A stretch of 64,000 bases of DNA from Henriciella sp. (lineage in GTDB: Bacteria; Pseudomonadota; Alphaproteobacteria; Caulobacterales; Hyphomonadaceae). How positions within the stretch are numbered: the first letter of the stretch is position 1; each line of letters opens with the position of its first letter. The notes below the pieces were generated by a model. The model saw only the letters and a list, made by a program, of their open reading frames with translations, made no database searches and was not told the DNA's origin. The stretch spans positions 64,815-128,814 of the forward strand of contig JAJFFK010000037.1 of NCBI GenBank assembly GCA_021776655.1, in the 5' to 3' direction. Positions 46,348-55,799 of the stretch are shown here, piece after piece. Position numbers and translations under genes: made by a program.

Positions 46348-46482
46348 AGCGGTCTCCTTGGGCTCGAAACATAGCCTACTGGAAATCGACAAGATTGCAC
46401 AGGCAATTTGTGGTTTTCACTCAGATGTGAAGCTCTGCGGGCGCGGCTGGTCTTCGCAGCAGGCTCGCTGTAGGAGGGCGCT

Positions 46483-47523
46483 ATGAAGTTTCTTGATCAG
46501 AGCAAAGTCTATGTCAAAGCGGGCGATGGCGGGCGTGGTTCATCCTCGTTCCGGCGCGAAGCTTATGTCGAATTTGGCGGTCCTGACGGGGGGGATGGGG
46601 GGCGCGGCGGGCACGTCTATATTGAGGCGGTGGATGGCCTGAATACGTTGATAGATTTTCGATATCAGCAGCACCATAAGGCTGGCCGGGGCGTTCATGG
46701 CATGGGTAAACAGCGCCATGGGCGGGCAGGCGATGATTTAACCTTGAAGGTTCCAGTTGGCACGCAGGTTTACGAAGAAGATCAAGAGACATTAATCGCT
46801 GATCTCACCGAACTTGGACAGTTGATCATGATTGCAAAAGGCGGCAATGGCGGTTGGGGCAATCTACGCTTCAAAACAGCAACCAATCAGGCACCAAGGC
46901 GGGCCAATCCCGGTGAAGAAGGCGAAGAATGGACATTATGGCTGCGCTTGAAATTGATTGCAGACGCTGGACTTTTGGGTCTGCCCAATGCTGGCAAGTC
47001 AACATTTCTGAGCCGCGCAACAGCCGCCAAACCAAAGATCGCAGATTATCCGTTCACGACCCTAAACCCAGGATTAGGCATCGTTGATCTTGCGCCGGGT
47101 ACAAGATTTGTTCTCGCCGATATTCCCGGCTTGATTGAGGGCGCCGCAGATGGTGCAGGACTTGGTCACCGCTTCCTTGGCCATGTTGAGCGCTGCAAGG
47201 TACTTCTGCACTTGATTGATTGTACGCAGGACGATGTCGCCGGGGCCTGGCAGACAATCCGGGATGAGCTGACTGCGTACGATCCTGCCATGAGTGGCAA
47301 GCCAGAGATCGTCGCGCTCAGCAAAGTTGATGTATTGGACAAGGAATTGGTCGATGAACAGGCAGTGTTGTTGAAGGCGGTCTGTGGTCAGGACCCTATG
47401 CGCTTGTCTGCGGTATCAGGTGAGAACGTCGAGCGCGCCCTGTGGCGCATGGCAGAGGCGCTGAATAGGGTCAATAATTCGAAAAACGAAGGCGAGGCGG
47501 ATACCGATTGGAGTCCATTATGA
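46483..47523 (+). CDS. obg: GTPase Obg/CgtA
   Basis: [38 protein letters not shown] Obg fold. G motifs [22 protein letters not shown]. Confidence 0.95.
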   Translation: MKFLDQSKVYVKAGDGGRGSSSFRREAYVEFGGPDGGDGGRGGHVYIEAVDGLNTLIDFRYQQHHKAGRGVHGMGKQRHGRAGDDLTLKVPVGTQVYEEDQETLIADLTELGQLIMIAKGGNGGWGNLRFKTATNQAPRRANPGEEGEEWTLWLRLKLIADAGLLGLPNAGKSTFLSRATAAKPKIADYPFTTLNPGLGIVDLAPGTRFVLADIPGLIEGAADGAGLGHRFLGHVERCKVLLHLIDCTQDDVAGAWQTIRDELTAYDPAMSGKPEIVALSKVDVLDKELVDEQAVLLKAVCGQDPMRLSAVSGENVERALWRMAEALNRVNNSKNEGEADTDWSPL

Positions 47524-48662
47524 CTAGACTTGCATCGAGCATGTCGCCGCTGAATGACGCGCGGCGGATCGTCGTAAAAATTGGCTCTGCTCTGGTTGCC
47601 GATGGGTCGCGGGCTCGCCAAGCCTGGCTCAACGATCTTGCGCGCGATATTGCAGAGCTTCGTGACAGTGGCCGCGAAATTATTTTGGTATCATCCGGCG
47701 CAATCGCGCTCGGGCGTGGGCATCTCGGCGATGCGGTTCCCAAACGATTGGAAGACAAACAAGCCGCTGCGGCGCTCGGACAACCGCTTCTTATGGCGGC
47801 GCTAAGGCGCGCCTTTGAGGGACACAACATCCCCGTCGCACAAACTCTGTTGACGCTGGAAGATACCGAGAGCCGACGACGCTGGCTCAATGCGCGTGCG
47901 ACTTTGGAGACACTGTTATCGGCCGGTGCGATACCGGTAATCAACGAGAATGATACAGTTGCAACCGATGAGATCCGCTATGGCGACAATGACCGCTTGG
48001 CGGCGCGGGTCGCCCAGATGATCAGTGCAGATGTTCTGGTTCTGCTGTCTGATATTGATGGCCTGTACACCCGTGACCCACGTAAAGACGCAGCTGCTGA
48101 GCATGTCGCCACGATTACAGAGCTGACGGCTGCCCATGTCTCGATGGCGGGCCAGCCAAACCAGGTCGCTGGAATTGGCAGCGGTGGTATGATCACAAAA
48201 CTCGCCGCTGCGAAGATTGCCTGGTCGGCGGGATGTGCAACCGCGATAACGCTTGGCGATCGCCCAAAGCCGCTTACCGCCTTAGCAATGGGCGCGCGGG
48301 CAACATGGATATTACCGCGACTGACGCCTGACAAAGCCCGCCAGGCCTGGCTGAGCGGACATCTCGCGCCGGAAGGGAGTGTCTGCGTTGACGCTGGTGC
48401 TGTTGCGGCTCTCAAAAAGGGCGCGAGCTTGTTGCCAGTTGGCCTGACAGGGGTAAACGGCGACTTCTCACGCGGGGCCGCCGTTTTGATCAAAGGGACG
48501 GACGGTCAATTGGTTGCTAAAGGTGTTATTGCCTATAGTTCGGCTGAGGCTGCTCGCATTATCGGGCTGCAATCTGATGCGGTGTCTACAGTTCTTGGCT
48601 ATCGTGGACGCCCGGCTTTGATCCATCGTGACGATTTGATACTGATCGCGGACGAGCGCTAA
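47520..48662 (+). CDS. proB: Glutamate 5-kinase
   Basis: [11 protein letters not shown].., [31 protein letters not shown], and a C-terminal PUA-like domain. The ATG overlaps the obg stop (ATGA). Confidence 0.9.
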   Translation: MTRLASSMSPLNDARRIVVKIGSALVADGSRARQAWLNDLARDIAELRDSGREIILVSSGAIALGRGHLGDAVPKRLEDKQAAAALGQPLLMAALRRAFEGHNIPVAQTLLTLEDTESRRRWLNARATLETLLSAGAIPVINENDTVATDEIRYGDNDRLAARVAQMISADVLVLLSDIDGLYTRDPRKDAAAEHVATITELTAAHVSMAGQPNQVAGIGSGGMITKLAAAKIAWSAGCATAITLGDRPKPLTALAMGARATWILPRLTPDKARQAWLSGHLAPEGSVCVDAGAVAALKKGASLLPVGLTGVNGDFSRGAAVLIKGTDGQLVAKGVIAYSSAEAARIIGLQSDAVSTVLGYRGRPALIHRDDLILIADER

Positions 48663-48724
48663 AACGGCTCTTTTTGTTCGTGACCCTGAATTGACTCAGG
48701 TTGGCAAATGCAACATACGCGAAA

Positions 48725-48895
48725 TCAGATGGTGCCTTCCTAACCGAAGGCTAAGAGGGAAGCCGGTGTGAATCCGGGACTATACCCGTAACTGTTAGCT
48801 GAGAGCTAATGACCACGATGCCACTGGAGCCAATGAGCTTTGGGAAGGCGGTCAAAGGCAAGGATCAGCAAGTCAGGAAACCTGCCATCGCGTCG
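48725..48895 (+). promoter_or_regulatory. Cobalamin (B12) riboswitch
   Basis: GGTGCC...AAGAGGGAAGCCGGTGTGAATCCGGGACTATACCCGTAACTGT core, plus the B12 box GCCACTGG and the closing GGGAAGGC...CCTGCC. It lies upstream of a btuB-like receptor. Confidence 0.85.
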
Positions 48896-49048
48896 TTCGC
48901 CTGCCGGCCGGGAAAGCCAGTGGCAGTCGGGGTGTTTCCTCTGAAACGACATGAGAAAAGGCGCGTCGCTGCACCGGAAGCGAAGCTGCCTCAAAATGTC
49001 GTTTTTGCGCGCTCGCCGTCCGGTGACGGGGCGCGGTGGAATAGAAGA

Positions 49049-50941
49049 ATGTTAAAACTTTCATTGAGTTTGAGTGTCGCTGCACTGGCGCTAACGGGCG
49101 CGGCGTATGGCCAGGATGCAAGCGAGGATCAAGGCGAAACAGTTCTTTTCGCAGACCTGATTTTGTCGACGATTGAAGTTGCAGGCTTACGCCCGATTCA
49201 AGAGCAGGACATCACAACCAGCATCACCATCATCGATGCGTCTGACCTGGCTGTGCGAGCCGCACCTTATGTGGCGGATCAGTTGCGGGCCGTGCCGGGA
49301 GTTGGAGTGTCGCGCTCAGGTGCCGTCGGCGCGCTAACGCAGGTGCGCATTCGCGGCGGCGAGGCTAATCACACGCTGGTCCTGCTTAACGGGGCTGAAG
49401 TGTCCGACCCAACCACAGGCGAGACCGATTTCGGCCTTTGGTCTGGCTTGAATGTCGAGCGGATTGAGGTCGCGCGTGGCGAGCAATCGGCGCTGTACGG
49501 CTCCGATGCGATTGGTGGTGTTGTGTCAATCACGACAGGCGGTGAGGGCCTGAGTAGCGCGCTTGAGTACGGTTCGTTAAATACGTTGCGCGGTGATCTA
49601 GGTTTTGCAACCGATGTCGACAATGGTCGCTTCGGGTTTGCAGTGTCGGGCTTCACTACGGACGGCGTTGATACGGCTGGTCTGGACGGCGAGAAAGACG
49701 GATCGGAAAGCTATTCCGCGCTCGCAACCGGCGCGTTCGATGTGACGAATGATTGGCTGCTAAGCGGTCTGGCGAGTTATCGCACAAGTATGGCGCAGAC
49801 TGATCCGGACAGTGATTTTGATGGCCTGCTTGATAATGCTGATCGTGAAACCGAGAGCGTTCAGTGGCTGATTGGGACCGTGCTGGAAGGCGATGCGGCG
49901 GGCTTCAACCATGTGTTTCGGGCCAGCTATAATGACGTAACGCGTGAGAATACTGCCGATGACGTATTTGCTGATGAGACGATCGGTCAGCGTACGAAAC
50001 TGAGCTATAGCCCGTCGCGTGATTTCGTACTGGCAACGGGTGAACTCACCCTGTCGGGCTTGATCGATTGGGAAAGCGAAGATTATGAACGTGTTGGTAT
50101 CGCGTCTTTCTTTGGTGACCCTAATCAGACAGCGAGCTTTGATACGCTAGGGCTGGCAGGCGAGGCCTTACTTTCGCTCGATCATCTTGCACTGACGGCA
50201 TCGGTTCGCCGTGATGATAATGATGGCCGTTTTGACAATGCTACGACATGGCGCGCCGGAGCGGCGTACAATTTCGACGGTGGTGCAAAAATTCGCGCCA
50301 GTGCCGGGACCGGAGTGAAGAACCCGACTTTCACCGAATTGTTCGGCTTCATTCCGGCCAGTTTCGTTGGCAATCCAGACCTGAAGCCGGAACAATCGAC
50401 CAGTTGGGAAATCGGCTGGGATCAGGATTTTGGCGATGTCCAAACCTCGCTGACTTACTTCTCGGCAGAACTGGAAGACGAGATTTTCACGCAGTTCAAT
50501 CCAGACTTTACATCTATGGCGGCCAACCGTGGCGGGACAAGTGAACGTAACGGCATCGAGGCATCTATGCGCTGGGCGATCAGTGATGAGTTGGACCTGT
50601 CGGGCGCAGTGTCGAATATCTCATCACAGAGCGATACTGGCGCAGATGAGATTCGCGTGCCGGAATGGACGGGGAGTGCGGCGTTGAACTGGACGCGCGG
50701 TGGTATGCGCGTCGGACTAGCGGCTGATTATGTCGGCGAGCAAGGTGATACCGATTTCGGGACGTTCCAGCCGGTTGATCTGGATGCCTATTGGTTGGTT
50801 TCGGCGACGGTGGAGTTCCCCATTACGGATCGACTCTCGCTAACTTTGCGCGGCGCAAACCTGCTGGATCAGACTGTCACCGACGTGTTCGGTTATCACG
50901 CGCCTGGTGCTGGTGTGTTTATCGGACTGAAGCTACGCTAA
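49049..50941 (+). CDS. btuB: TonB-dependent vitamin B12 receptor
   Basis: The start is set at ATG 49049 (MLKLSLSLSVAALALTGAAYGQD signal peptide), because the longer listed ORF runs through the riboswitch. Plug motifs VRIRGGEANHTLVLLNG and VEVARGEQSALYGSDAIGGVVSITT. Riboswitch and btuFCD-like context. Confidence 0.8.
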   Translation: MLKLSLSLSVAALALTGAAYGQDASEDQGETVLFADLILSTIEVAGLRPIQEQDITTSITIIDASDLAVRAAPYVADQLRAVPGVGVSRSGAVGALTQVRIRGGEANHTLVLLNGAEVSDPTTGETDFGLWSGLNVERIEVARGEQSALYGSDAIGGVVSITTGGEGLSSALEYGSLNTLRGDLGFATDVDNGRFGFAVSGFTTDGVDTAGLDGEKDGSESYSALATGAFDVTNDWLLSGLASYRTSMAQTDPDSDFDGLLDNADRETESVQWLIGTVLEGDAAGFNHVFRASYNDVTRENTADDVFADETIGQRTKLSYSPSRDFVLATGELTLSGLIDWESEDYERVGIASFFGDPNQTASFDTLGLAGEALLSLDHLALTASVRRDDNDGRFDNATTWRAGAAYNFDGGAKIRASAGTGVKNPTFTELFGFIPASFVGNPDLKPEQSTSWEIGWDQDFGDVQTSLTYFSAELEDEIFTQFNPDFTSMAANRGGTSERNGIEASMRWAISDELDLSGAVSNISSQSDTGADEIRVPEWTGSAALNWTRGGMRVGLAADYVGEQGDTDFGTFQPVDLDAYWLVSATVEFPITDRLSLTLRGANLLDQTVTDVFGYHAPGAGVFIGLKLR

Positions 50942-50942
50942 C

Positions 50943-51755
50943 ATGATGCGGCTGATGGTTCTGTTTTCGGTAATGATGCTGGCGGCGTGTGGCGGGGAAC
51001 TCCCGGTACGCGCGGTCAGTGGCACGCCGATGCGAATTGTCAGCCTCGATTATTGCGCTGATCAATATGTGCTGAAAATGGTTGATCGGGAGCGAATACT
51101 TGCGGTGTCGGCGGAAGCGGATGCGCCATTTTCCTATATGCGCGAAGCGGCCAAGGGCGTTCCAAGCGTGCGACCGTCAGCCGAGAACGTTCTAGCTTTG
51201 AAGCCGGACTTGATTGTGCGCTCTTATGGCGGCGGCCCGAACGTGGTGGCCTTCTTTGAGGGGGCGGGTGTGCCGCTTTTGCAGATCGGGTGGGCCAGTG
51301 ACTTGGAGGGTATCAAACGGGTCACGCGCGAGATGGCCGCCGGTCTGGATGCTGCAGCGATGGGCGAAGACATGGTTGCTGATCTTGATGCACGGTTGGC
51401 CGTTTTGAGGGCGGGCAGCAGTGGCTCAAAAGCGCTGTACATGACGCCCGGCGGGGTCACGTCTGGGCCGGGATCATTGGTGCATGAAATGCTGATTGAG
51501 GCCGGGCTGGAAAATTTCATGCTAGCCCCAGGTTGGCATGAGTTGCCGCTGGAGGAGCTGGCGCGGTCACAGCCAGACATGGTCGCCTTCGCCAGTTTCA
51601 ATAGCCACAGGACGCCGTGGAGTTCAGCGCGCCATCCGATTGCCCGCGCGCAGGTGCGTGACCTGCCAACCACCCAAATAGAAGGCGCGTGGACGTCTTG
51701 CGGCGCGTGGTTCTTGGTCGATGCAATTGAGGCTTTGGCGGAGGCGACACCATGA
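50943..51755 (+). CDS. ABC-transporter periplasmic binding protein, cobalamin/siderophore (BtuF-like) class
   Basis: Lipoprotein-type leader (..MMLAAC), RIVSLDYCADQYVLKM and a class III binding-protein layout. Operon context. Confidence 0.7.
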   Translation: MMRLMVLFSVMMLAACGGELPVRAVSGTPMRIVSLDYCADQYVLKMVDRERILAVSAEADAPFSYMREAAKGVPSVRPSAENVLALKPDLIVRSYGGGPNVVAFFEGAGVPLLQIGWASDLEGIKRVTREMAAGLDAAAMGEDMVADLDARLAVLRAGSSGSKALYMTPGGVTSGPGSLVHEMLIEAGLENFMLAPGWHELPLEELARSQPDMVAFASFNSHRTPWSSARHPIARAQVRDLPTTQIEGAWTSCGAWFLVDAIEALAEATP

Positions 51756-52741
51756 GCGGACGCGGCTTAACTGTTCTGTTAATCGCGGCGAGTGCGCTGG
51801 CGATGTTTGCCGCGTGCCTGCTTGGCTCAACCTCTATGGGCTTCGGGCGCGTGCTCACGGCTTTGATTGGGCAAGGCGATGTGGCAGACCAGATTATCGT
51901 CTGGCAAATCCGTTTGCCGCGCGCTTTGGCGGCGTTTGTCGTAGGCACTGCTTTGGGCGTCTCAGGGGCCGCTTTGCAGGGCCTGTTGCGCAATCCATTG
52001 GCCGAACCGGGCGTGCTCGGCGTGTCAGCTTCTGCCGCCTTGGGCGCGACCTTGGTGATCTATTATGGGCTCGCCAGCCTGTCACCATGGGTGATGCCCG
52101 TCGCAGCGATTGCCGGGGCCTTGGTGGCGACAGCCGTGATCGCGCTGGCGGCTCTGCGAACCCGATCAGTGGTGACTTTGATTTTGATCGGCGTGGGTCT
52201 GTCGAGCTTTGCCGGGGCTTTGATGTCGCTGTTGATGAACTTTGCGCCTAACCCGTTCTCACTCAGCGATATGATCAATTGGATGCTTGGATCGGTGGCG
52301 AACCGTAGTTTTGATGATCTCGCGATTGCTGCGCCGTTTATGCTCGCTGGTTTGGGAATATTGTTCGCCACAAAGCGCGGTCTTTCGGCCCTGACATTGG
52401 GCGAGGAAGCGGCCAGCGGGATTGGGTTGGACTTGCAGAAACAGCGGATATTTGTCGTGCTTGGCGCGGGTTTGGCGACAGGTGCAGCGGTATCGATTGC
52501 CGGGGCGATTGGCTTTGTCGGTATCGTTGCGCCGCATATTGTCCGCCCGTTTGTCGGGCATGACCCGGCGCGGTCTCTACTGCCGTCTGGCTTGCTCGGT
52601 GGATTGCTATTGGTCGTCGCGGATATTCTCGTGCGCCTGTTACCGACGGCGTTTGAATTGAAATTAGGCGTGGTTGCGGCCCTGATTGGCGCGCCAGCCT
52701 TCGTCTGGATCGCCATGCAAAGGGGGGCCGGACATGAATGA
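51752..52741 (+). CDS. FecCD-family ABC permease (BtuC-like)
   Basis: About 9-10 TM helices with FecCD blocks (IRLPRALAAFVVGTALGVSGAALQGLLRNPLAEPGVLGVS; GAIGFVGIVAPHIVR). ATGA overlap with the upstream gene. Confidence 0.85.
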   Translation: MSGRGLTVLLIAASALAMFAACLLGSTSMGFGRVLTALIGQGDVADQIIVWQIRLPRALAAFVVGTALGVSGAALQGLLRNPLAEPGVLGVSASAALGATLVIYYGLASLSPWVMPVAAIAGALVATAVIALAALRTRSVVTLILIGVGLSSFAGALMSLLMNFAPNPFSLSDMINWMLGSVANRSFDDLAIAAPFMLAGLGILFATKRGLSALTLGEEAASGIGLDLQKQRIFVVLGAGLATGAAVSIAGAIGFVGIVAPHIVRPFVGHDPARSLLPSGLLGGLLLVVADILVRLLPTAFELKLGVVAALIGAPAFVWIAMQRGAGHE

Positions 52742-53495
52742 GCTGATTGTTTCCGGCCTCAGCGTGAAGCCGCAGGATGCGACGCTGGTAAAAGACGCGT
52801 CCTTTACGTTGAAACCGGGCGATCTGATCGCCGTTCTAGGGCCTAATGGGGCGGGGAAAACATCGCTGCTGCGTGGCGCTTTGGGGCTCATCGCGATCAA
52901 TAATGGTCAAGCAAAGTTGAACCGGACTGCGACGGCTGACCTGTCGCCGATGGTTCGGGCGCAATCAGTGGCTTACCTGCCGCAAGCGCGTCCATTGGCG
53001 TGGCCCAATTGCGTGCGTGACGTTGTGGCTTTGGGGCGGTTTGCGCATGGCGCGACGCTGGGCCGATTGGGTGAGGCGGATGCTGAAGCCGTTGACGCAG
53101 CGATTGCTGCTTGCGGTGTTGCTCATCTGGCGCAGCGCCAGACCGATACGCTGTCGGGTGGGGAATTGGCGCGGGTGCATTGCGCGCGGGCCTTTGCCGC
53201 CAAAGCGCCGTTACTGATCGCGGATGAACCTGTCGCGGCGCTGGATCCGCGCCACCAATTTCGGATTATGGATATGATCCGTGGCTTTGTAGACGATGGC
53301 GGTGGGGCGATGGTCGTGCTGCACGATGTGGCATTGGCAGCGCGATATGCGAGCCGCATGATCTGGATGAAGGATGGCGTCATTGTTGCCGACGGATCGC
53401 CTGCCGAGACCCTGACGCAGCAGCGGATCGCTGACATATATGATGTTCGCGCGAAGGTTGATGGCCTGAATGTTCGCCTTGATGGCGCGATTTAG
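52734..53495 (+). CDS. ABC-transporter ATP-binding protein (BtuD/FepC-like)
   Basis: Walker A GPNGAGKTSLL, signature LSGGELARV, Walker B LLIADEPVAALD. Confidence 0.85.
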   Translation: MNELIVSGLSVKPQDATLVKDASFTLKPGDLIAVLGPNGAGKTSLLRGALGLIAINNGQAKLNRTATADLSPMVRAQSVAYLPQARPLAWPNCVRDVVALGRFAHGATLGRLGEADAEAVDAAIAACGVAHLAQRQTDTLSGGELARVHCARAFAAKAPLLIADEPVAALDPRHQFRIMDMIRGFVDDGGGAMVVLHDVALAARYASRMIWMKDGVIVADGSPAETLTQQRIADIYDVRAKVDGLNVRLDGAI

Positions 53496-53579
53496 GCGGC
53501 GCATTTCAATTGGTCCTCTTGGCGCGGCGTCTTGTATCTCTATGGTCATCGCCAGCATGACAAACGGGGAGATTCGGGC

Positions 53580-53846
53580 ATGGCAGAGCCATCAGAAGAC
53601 ATCGATAAAGCCGGGTATTGGCGTGCCACGCGCGGGTTGACCCTTCGTCTGCTTGCTATCTGGTTTATGGTTTCATTCGGTGCCGGCATTCTGTTTCGTG
53701 ATGTTCTCGATCAAGTGTCGATTGGCGGCGCGCCGCTCGGGTTTTGGTTCGCGCAGCAAGGCTCAATCTATGTCTTTGTCGGGCTGATTTTCTACTATTG
53801 CTGGGCCATGGCGCGGCTCGAACGCAAATTTGGCGTGAAGGGGTAG
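53580..53846 (+). CDS. DUF4212-type small membrane subunit of a sodium:solute symporter
   Basis: 88 aa, two TM helices (YWRATRGLTLRLLAIWFMVSFG..; PLGFWFAQQGSIYVFVGLIFYYCW), immediately upstream of an SSF permease. Confidence 0.7.
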   Translation: MAEPSEDIDKAGYWRATRGLTLRLLAIWFMVSFGAGILFRDVLDQVSIGGAPLGFWFAQQGSIYVFVGLIFYYCWAMARLERKFGVKG

Positions 53847-53850
53847 GGTG

Positions 53851-55707
53851 ATGGACCAACAGATGTGGACCTATCTCTTCGTCGGCGTCACGTTCTCGAT
53901 CTATATTGGTATAGCCCTGTGGGCGAGAGCCGGTTCGACGGGCGAGTTTTATGTCGCGGGCCACGATGTGCATCCGGTGGTCAACGGCATGGCAACGGCA
54001 GCCGATTGGATGTCGGCGGCGTCATTCCTGTCGATGGCGGGCTTGATTGCTTTCATGGGCTATGGCGGCTCGGTTTATCTGATGGGCTGGACCGGCGGCT
54101 ATGTCTTGCTGGCCGTGCTGCTTGCGCCGTACTTGCGTGAGTTTGGCAAGTTCACCGTGCCGGACTTTGTCGGTGACCGCTACTATTCCAGAACCGCCAG
54201 ATTGATCGCGGTCCTGTGCGCGCTGTTTGTCTCATTCACCTATATCGCCGGACAAATGAAGGGCGTTGGGGTAGCCTTTTCGAGTTTTCTACATGTCGAT
54301 TACAATGTCGGCATCATGATCGGCATGGTGATCGTGTTTGTCTACGCCGTCCTCGGCGGTATGAAGGGCGTGACTTACACTCAGGTGGCACAATATGTCG
54401 TCTTGATCTTTGCGTACACCGTACCCGCGATCTTCATGTCGATCATCATTACCGACAATCCAATCCCGCAACTTGGTTTCATTGGCAATGCCAGCGGGAC
54501 TGATGTTTCGATGCTGGCAAAGCTCAACACCGTCGTGACGGATCTGGGCTTCAAAGAGTATACACAGACCGACAAATCCATGTTCGACATGTTTGCGATC
54601 ACCGGGGCGCTGATGTTCGGCACGGCGGGATTGCCGCATGTGATTATTCGCTTCTTCACTGTGAAAAGCGCCAAGGCGGCGCGGATTTCGGCGGGCTGGG
54701 CGCTGGTTTTCATCGCCTTGCTGTACACAACAGCACCGGCTGTGGCGTCTTTCGCACGGCTGAATTTCATCGATACAGTGAATGAGAGCACGTATGCGTC
54801 GGAGCAGGCTGCAGAAGGTGAGACGCAGACACCGGGCTGGTTCGGCAATTGGGAAACCACAGGCTTGCTGGCCTGGGAAGACAAGAATGAAGATGGTAAA
54901 CTGCAATATCGTGCGGGCAAACCGTTTGAGGAATCCAAGCCATACTATTCCGGTGTGATCGGGGTGGACGGTCACCGCGAGCTTGAACTGTGCGAAACCG
55001 AAGATCAAAAAAATTGCAACACGCTGACCAAAAATGCCAATGAGGTCTATGTCAGCAACGATATTATCGTTCTCGCCAATCCTGAAATCGCGCAGCTGCC
55101 CGGCTGGGTCATTGGGCTGGTCGTCGCGGGCGGTCTGGCGGCGGCGCTATCGACGGCGGCTGGTCTTCTCATGGTGATCGCCTCGGCGGTTAGTCACGAT
55201 CTATGTCGGCGAACCTTCTTTCCGAATATGGATGACAAGACGGAGCTTAGGGTCGCGCGCGGCGCAGCGGCAGGCGCAGTGGCCGCAGCGGGCTTACTCG
55301 GCGTATTTGCTTCGCAATTGGGTTTTGTTGCGCAGGTTGTGGCCTTTGCGTTTGGTTTGGCGGCGGCGTCGCTGTTTCCGGTCATCTTTCTTGGGATATT
55401 CTGGAAACGGATGAACAAAGAGGGCGCGATTACGTCCATGCTGTTCGGCCTGATCTCGACCTTCGCCTATATCTACTATTTCAAGTTCATGAATACGGAT
55501 CCGGCAGGTTGGTGGTTTGGGGTTTCGCCTGAAGGCATTGGCTTCATGTTCATGTGGGGGTCATTGGCGCTTGGCATAGCTGTGGCCTTGCTCACGCCGC
55601 CGCCGCCGCAGGACATACAGGACCTGGTTGAGGATATTCGTATTCCGGGCACGCGCGTGTCACACGGCCTCGCAGATCGTGGGATGGCGCCTGTGCATGG
55701 TGAGTGA
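53851..55707 (+). CDS. Sodium:solute symporter family (SSF) permease, ActP/VC_2705-like
   Basis: 13-14 TM helices. SSF blocks (GEFYVAG, ATAADWMSAASFLSMAG, GLPHVIIRFFT). GTG 53848 is an alternative start. Confidence 0.85.
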   Translation: MDQQMWTYLFVGVTFSIYIGIALWARAGSTGEFYVAGHDVHPVVNGMATAADWMSAASFLSMAGLIAFMGYGGSVYLMGWTGGYVLLAVLLAPYLREFGKFTVPDFVGDRYYSRTARLIAVLCALFVSFTYIAGQMKGVGVAFSSFLHVDYNVGIMIGMVIVFVYAVLGGMKGVTYTQVAQYVVLIFAYTVPAIFMSIIITDNPIPQLGFIGNASGTDVSMLAKLNTVVTDLGFKEYTQTDKSMFDMFAITGALMFGTAGLPHVIIRFFTVKSAKAARISAGWALVFIALLYTTAPAVASFARLNFIDTVNESTYASEQAAEGETQTPGWFGNWETTGLLAWEDKNEDGKLQYRAGKPFEESKPYYSGVIGVDGHRELELCETEDQKNCNTLTKNANEVYVSNDIIVLANPEIAQLPGWVIGLVVAGGLAAALSTAAGLLMVIASAVSHDLCRRTFFPNMDDKTELRVARGAAAGAVAAAGLLGVFASQLGFVAQVVAFAFGLAAASLFPVIFLGIFWKRMNKEGAITSMLFGLISTFAYIYYFKFMNTDPAGWWFGVSPEGIGFMFMWGSLALGIAVALLTPPPPQDIQDLVEDIRIPGTRVSHGLADRGMAPVHGE

Positions 55708-55799
55708 CAGGGCAAGGTTACACAAAAGGTTGCTTCACAATGCCCGCTAAATACGCAATCTATATGGCTGAACCGAATTGAATATCTGGGAGATTTTCG

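Noticed and set aside
52063-52716. 217-aa minus-strand ORF opposite the FecCD permease. Similar long antisense ORFs lie at 54289..55008, 20201..20773, 9357..9851, 47471..47944, 47978..48493 and 5186..5620.
   Set aside because: All lie wholly inside sense genes with strong family motifs. Their translations are Arg/Ser/Pro-rich with no recognisable domains, which is expected for shadow ORFs in GC-rich DNA.
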